Of a DNA stretch of 64,000 bases, positions 62,850-64,000 are shown in pieces. A program made the translations under genes and the position numbers. The notes beneath the pieces were generated by a model, which saw nothing but the letters and a program-made list of their open reading frames with translations, did not search any database and was not told where the DNA came from. The number at the start of each line of letters is the position of its first letter. Position 1 is the stretch's first letter. The stretch lies in the NCBI GenBank assembly GCA_045837725.1, contig JBEWZL010000119.1, forward strand, positions 1 to 64,000, in the 5' to 3' direction. The stretch comes from Vermamoeba vermiformis (taxonomy: Eukaryota).

Positions 62850-64000
62850 CTACTCCTGCTTGTCAGGCTTGCTGTCCACACTCTCCTCAGAGATGATCGC
62901 ATCTGCTCCGTTCGTGGTCGGATCCGCATCCACGGTGCCATTGAGTGCCAGACGCGCACGGTCCTCGTCCTTGAGGGTCTTGGGGTCCAAGTGGTCCCAG
63001 CGCCATATGAATGCCTCGGTGACGAACAAGACGTGCCTGCAGTGCGCGCTGAATGCACAGGCCCGCACACTCTGTCGCGCACGCTTGTGTTCGAGCGCGT
63101 GAATGCACTCGCCACTGCTCAGCTCGTAGATGTACACCACACCGGTCTTGGAGCCCACGGCGAGGTACTGGCCGTCACTGCTCACATCGAACAGCGTGCG
63201 CGCACCACTCGTCTCGCTCTTGCCCTTGACACGCAGCTCGCGCTCGATGCTGTCGTGCTGCCAGTCCCACACCACCACTCTGTTGTCCACCGACTTGCTC
63301 ACCACGCGTGCGTCGTCGAGACAGCGCAGACAATCTGACATGTGACACCTGTCAATCACGTGCGCGCAGTAACTACATGTAAGATGCACAGCTACGTACC
63401 GATCTCAGATTTGTGCGGAGATTTCAAAGCACGTGATTCAGTGACCTCCACGGGCACCGACAAATCACGTGTCACTTGCTCAGCTTTGCGCTTCTTCGAA
63501 TCACTTCCATTTAAGGCAGGTGCCACCACGTGATTCAAGTCCCAGATCTGCACCGCGCCCTGTTTGTTGGCGGTCAACAGCACAGTGCCGTGCGCTGCAG
63601 GTACAAAGGTCTGTGTGTGCGTCAGTGCGGAACAGTCAACAGCGCGACACGTACCATGGCCGTGGTGTGCGGGGCGTGCAACACAGCGATGCACGGATTC
63701 AAGTCGTCTTCGCGCTGCTCGTCACTCGTCTTGACGCGCTTGCTGGCACGCTGTTGGTACCACTCGCTGTCCGGTGCGAAGGCAGAGATCTCCCATATGC
63801 GCACTGTGCCGTCGCGCGAGTACGATGCGAGCAGTTGACGCGCGTACTTGGCTGCATTGTGCTCGTTCTGATCGCAGCTCGGCAACACTACATCTGTGCT
63901 GCACATCTGTTCAATCGTGTCGTCGTGACCTGTAGCGATGAGTACATGCTTTATCTTAATATAGTTAGCACTATTTACCGTGCAAGATGTGAAAAGCGCG
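62850..64000 (-). CDS. WD40 repeat protein, EED/ESC/FIE-like C-terminal blades; 5' end outside window
   Basis: DCLR..VVSKSVDNRVVVW, YLAVGSKTGVVYIYEL, LEHKRARQSVRACAFS..IWRWD parallels EED DCVRW..LSKSCEN..LALGNQVGK..IRQTSFS..IWRWD. Confidence 0.6.

Overview
Gene-dense eukaryotic DNA, most likely an amoebozoan-like protist (inference). Evidence: mostly ~45-70 nt GT-AG introns with CTRAY branch points, ~150-260 bp intergenic spacers and many head-to-head gene pairs. About 25 genes can be reconstructed by splicing by eye. Housekeeping genes: DBP3-like and DBP5 DEAD-box helicases, RNA pol I RPA2, ORC4, LSM1, an Obg GTPase, a DOCK GEF, a TBC RabGAP, an MSP1-type AAA ATPase, a PHD-TFIIS-SPOC protein and an EED-like WD40 protein. 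The first ~13 kb looks accessory. It holds (i) a secreted CAP-WSC-WSC-papain protease lacking its propeptide, divergently paired with a gene for a stand-alone membrane-anchored I29 propeptide-like inhibitor; (ii) an intron-containing protein with an NLS, built on a bacterial type-IV-restriction-enzyme-like SRA domain; (iii) a frameshifted REase-like+kinase (Crinkler-type) gene followed by a kinase relic; (iv) an intronless, CpG-depleted NEIL1-like glycosylase. From ~23 kb onward the palindrome CACGTG is heavily over-represented. A CpG-decayed repeat island with block-wise inverted modules and a tRNA-like relic lies at 54.5-57.1 kb. All exon models and counts are by eye and need RNA-seq or computational confirmation.
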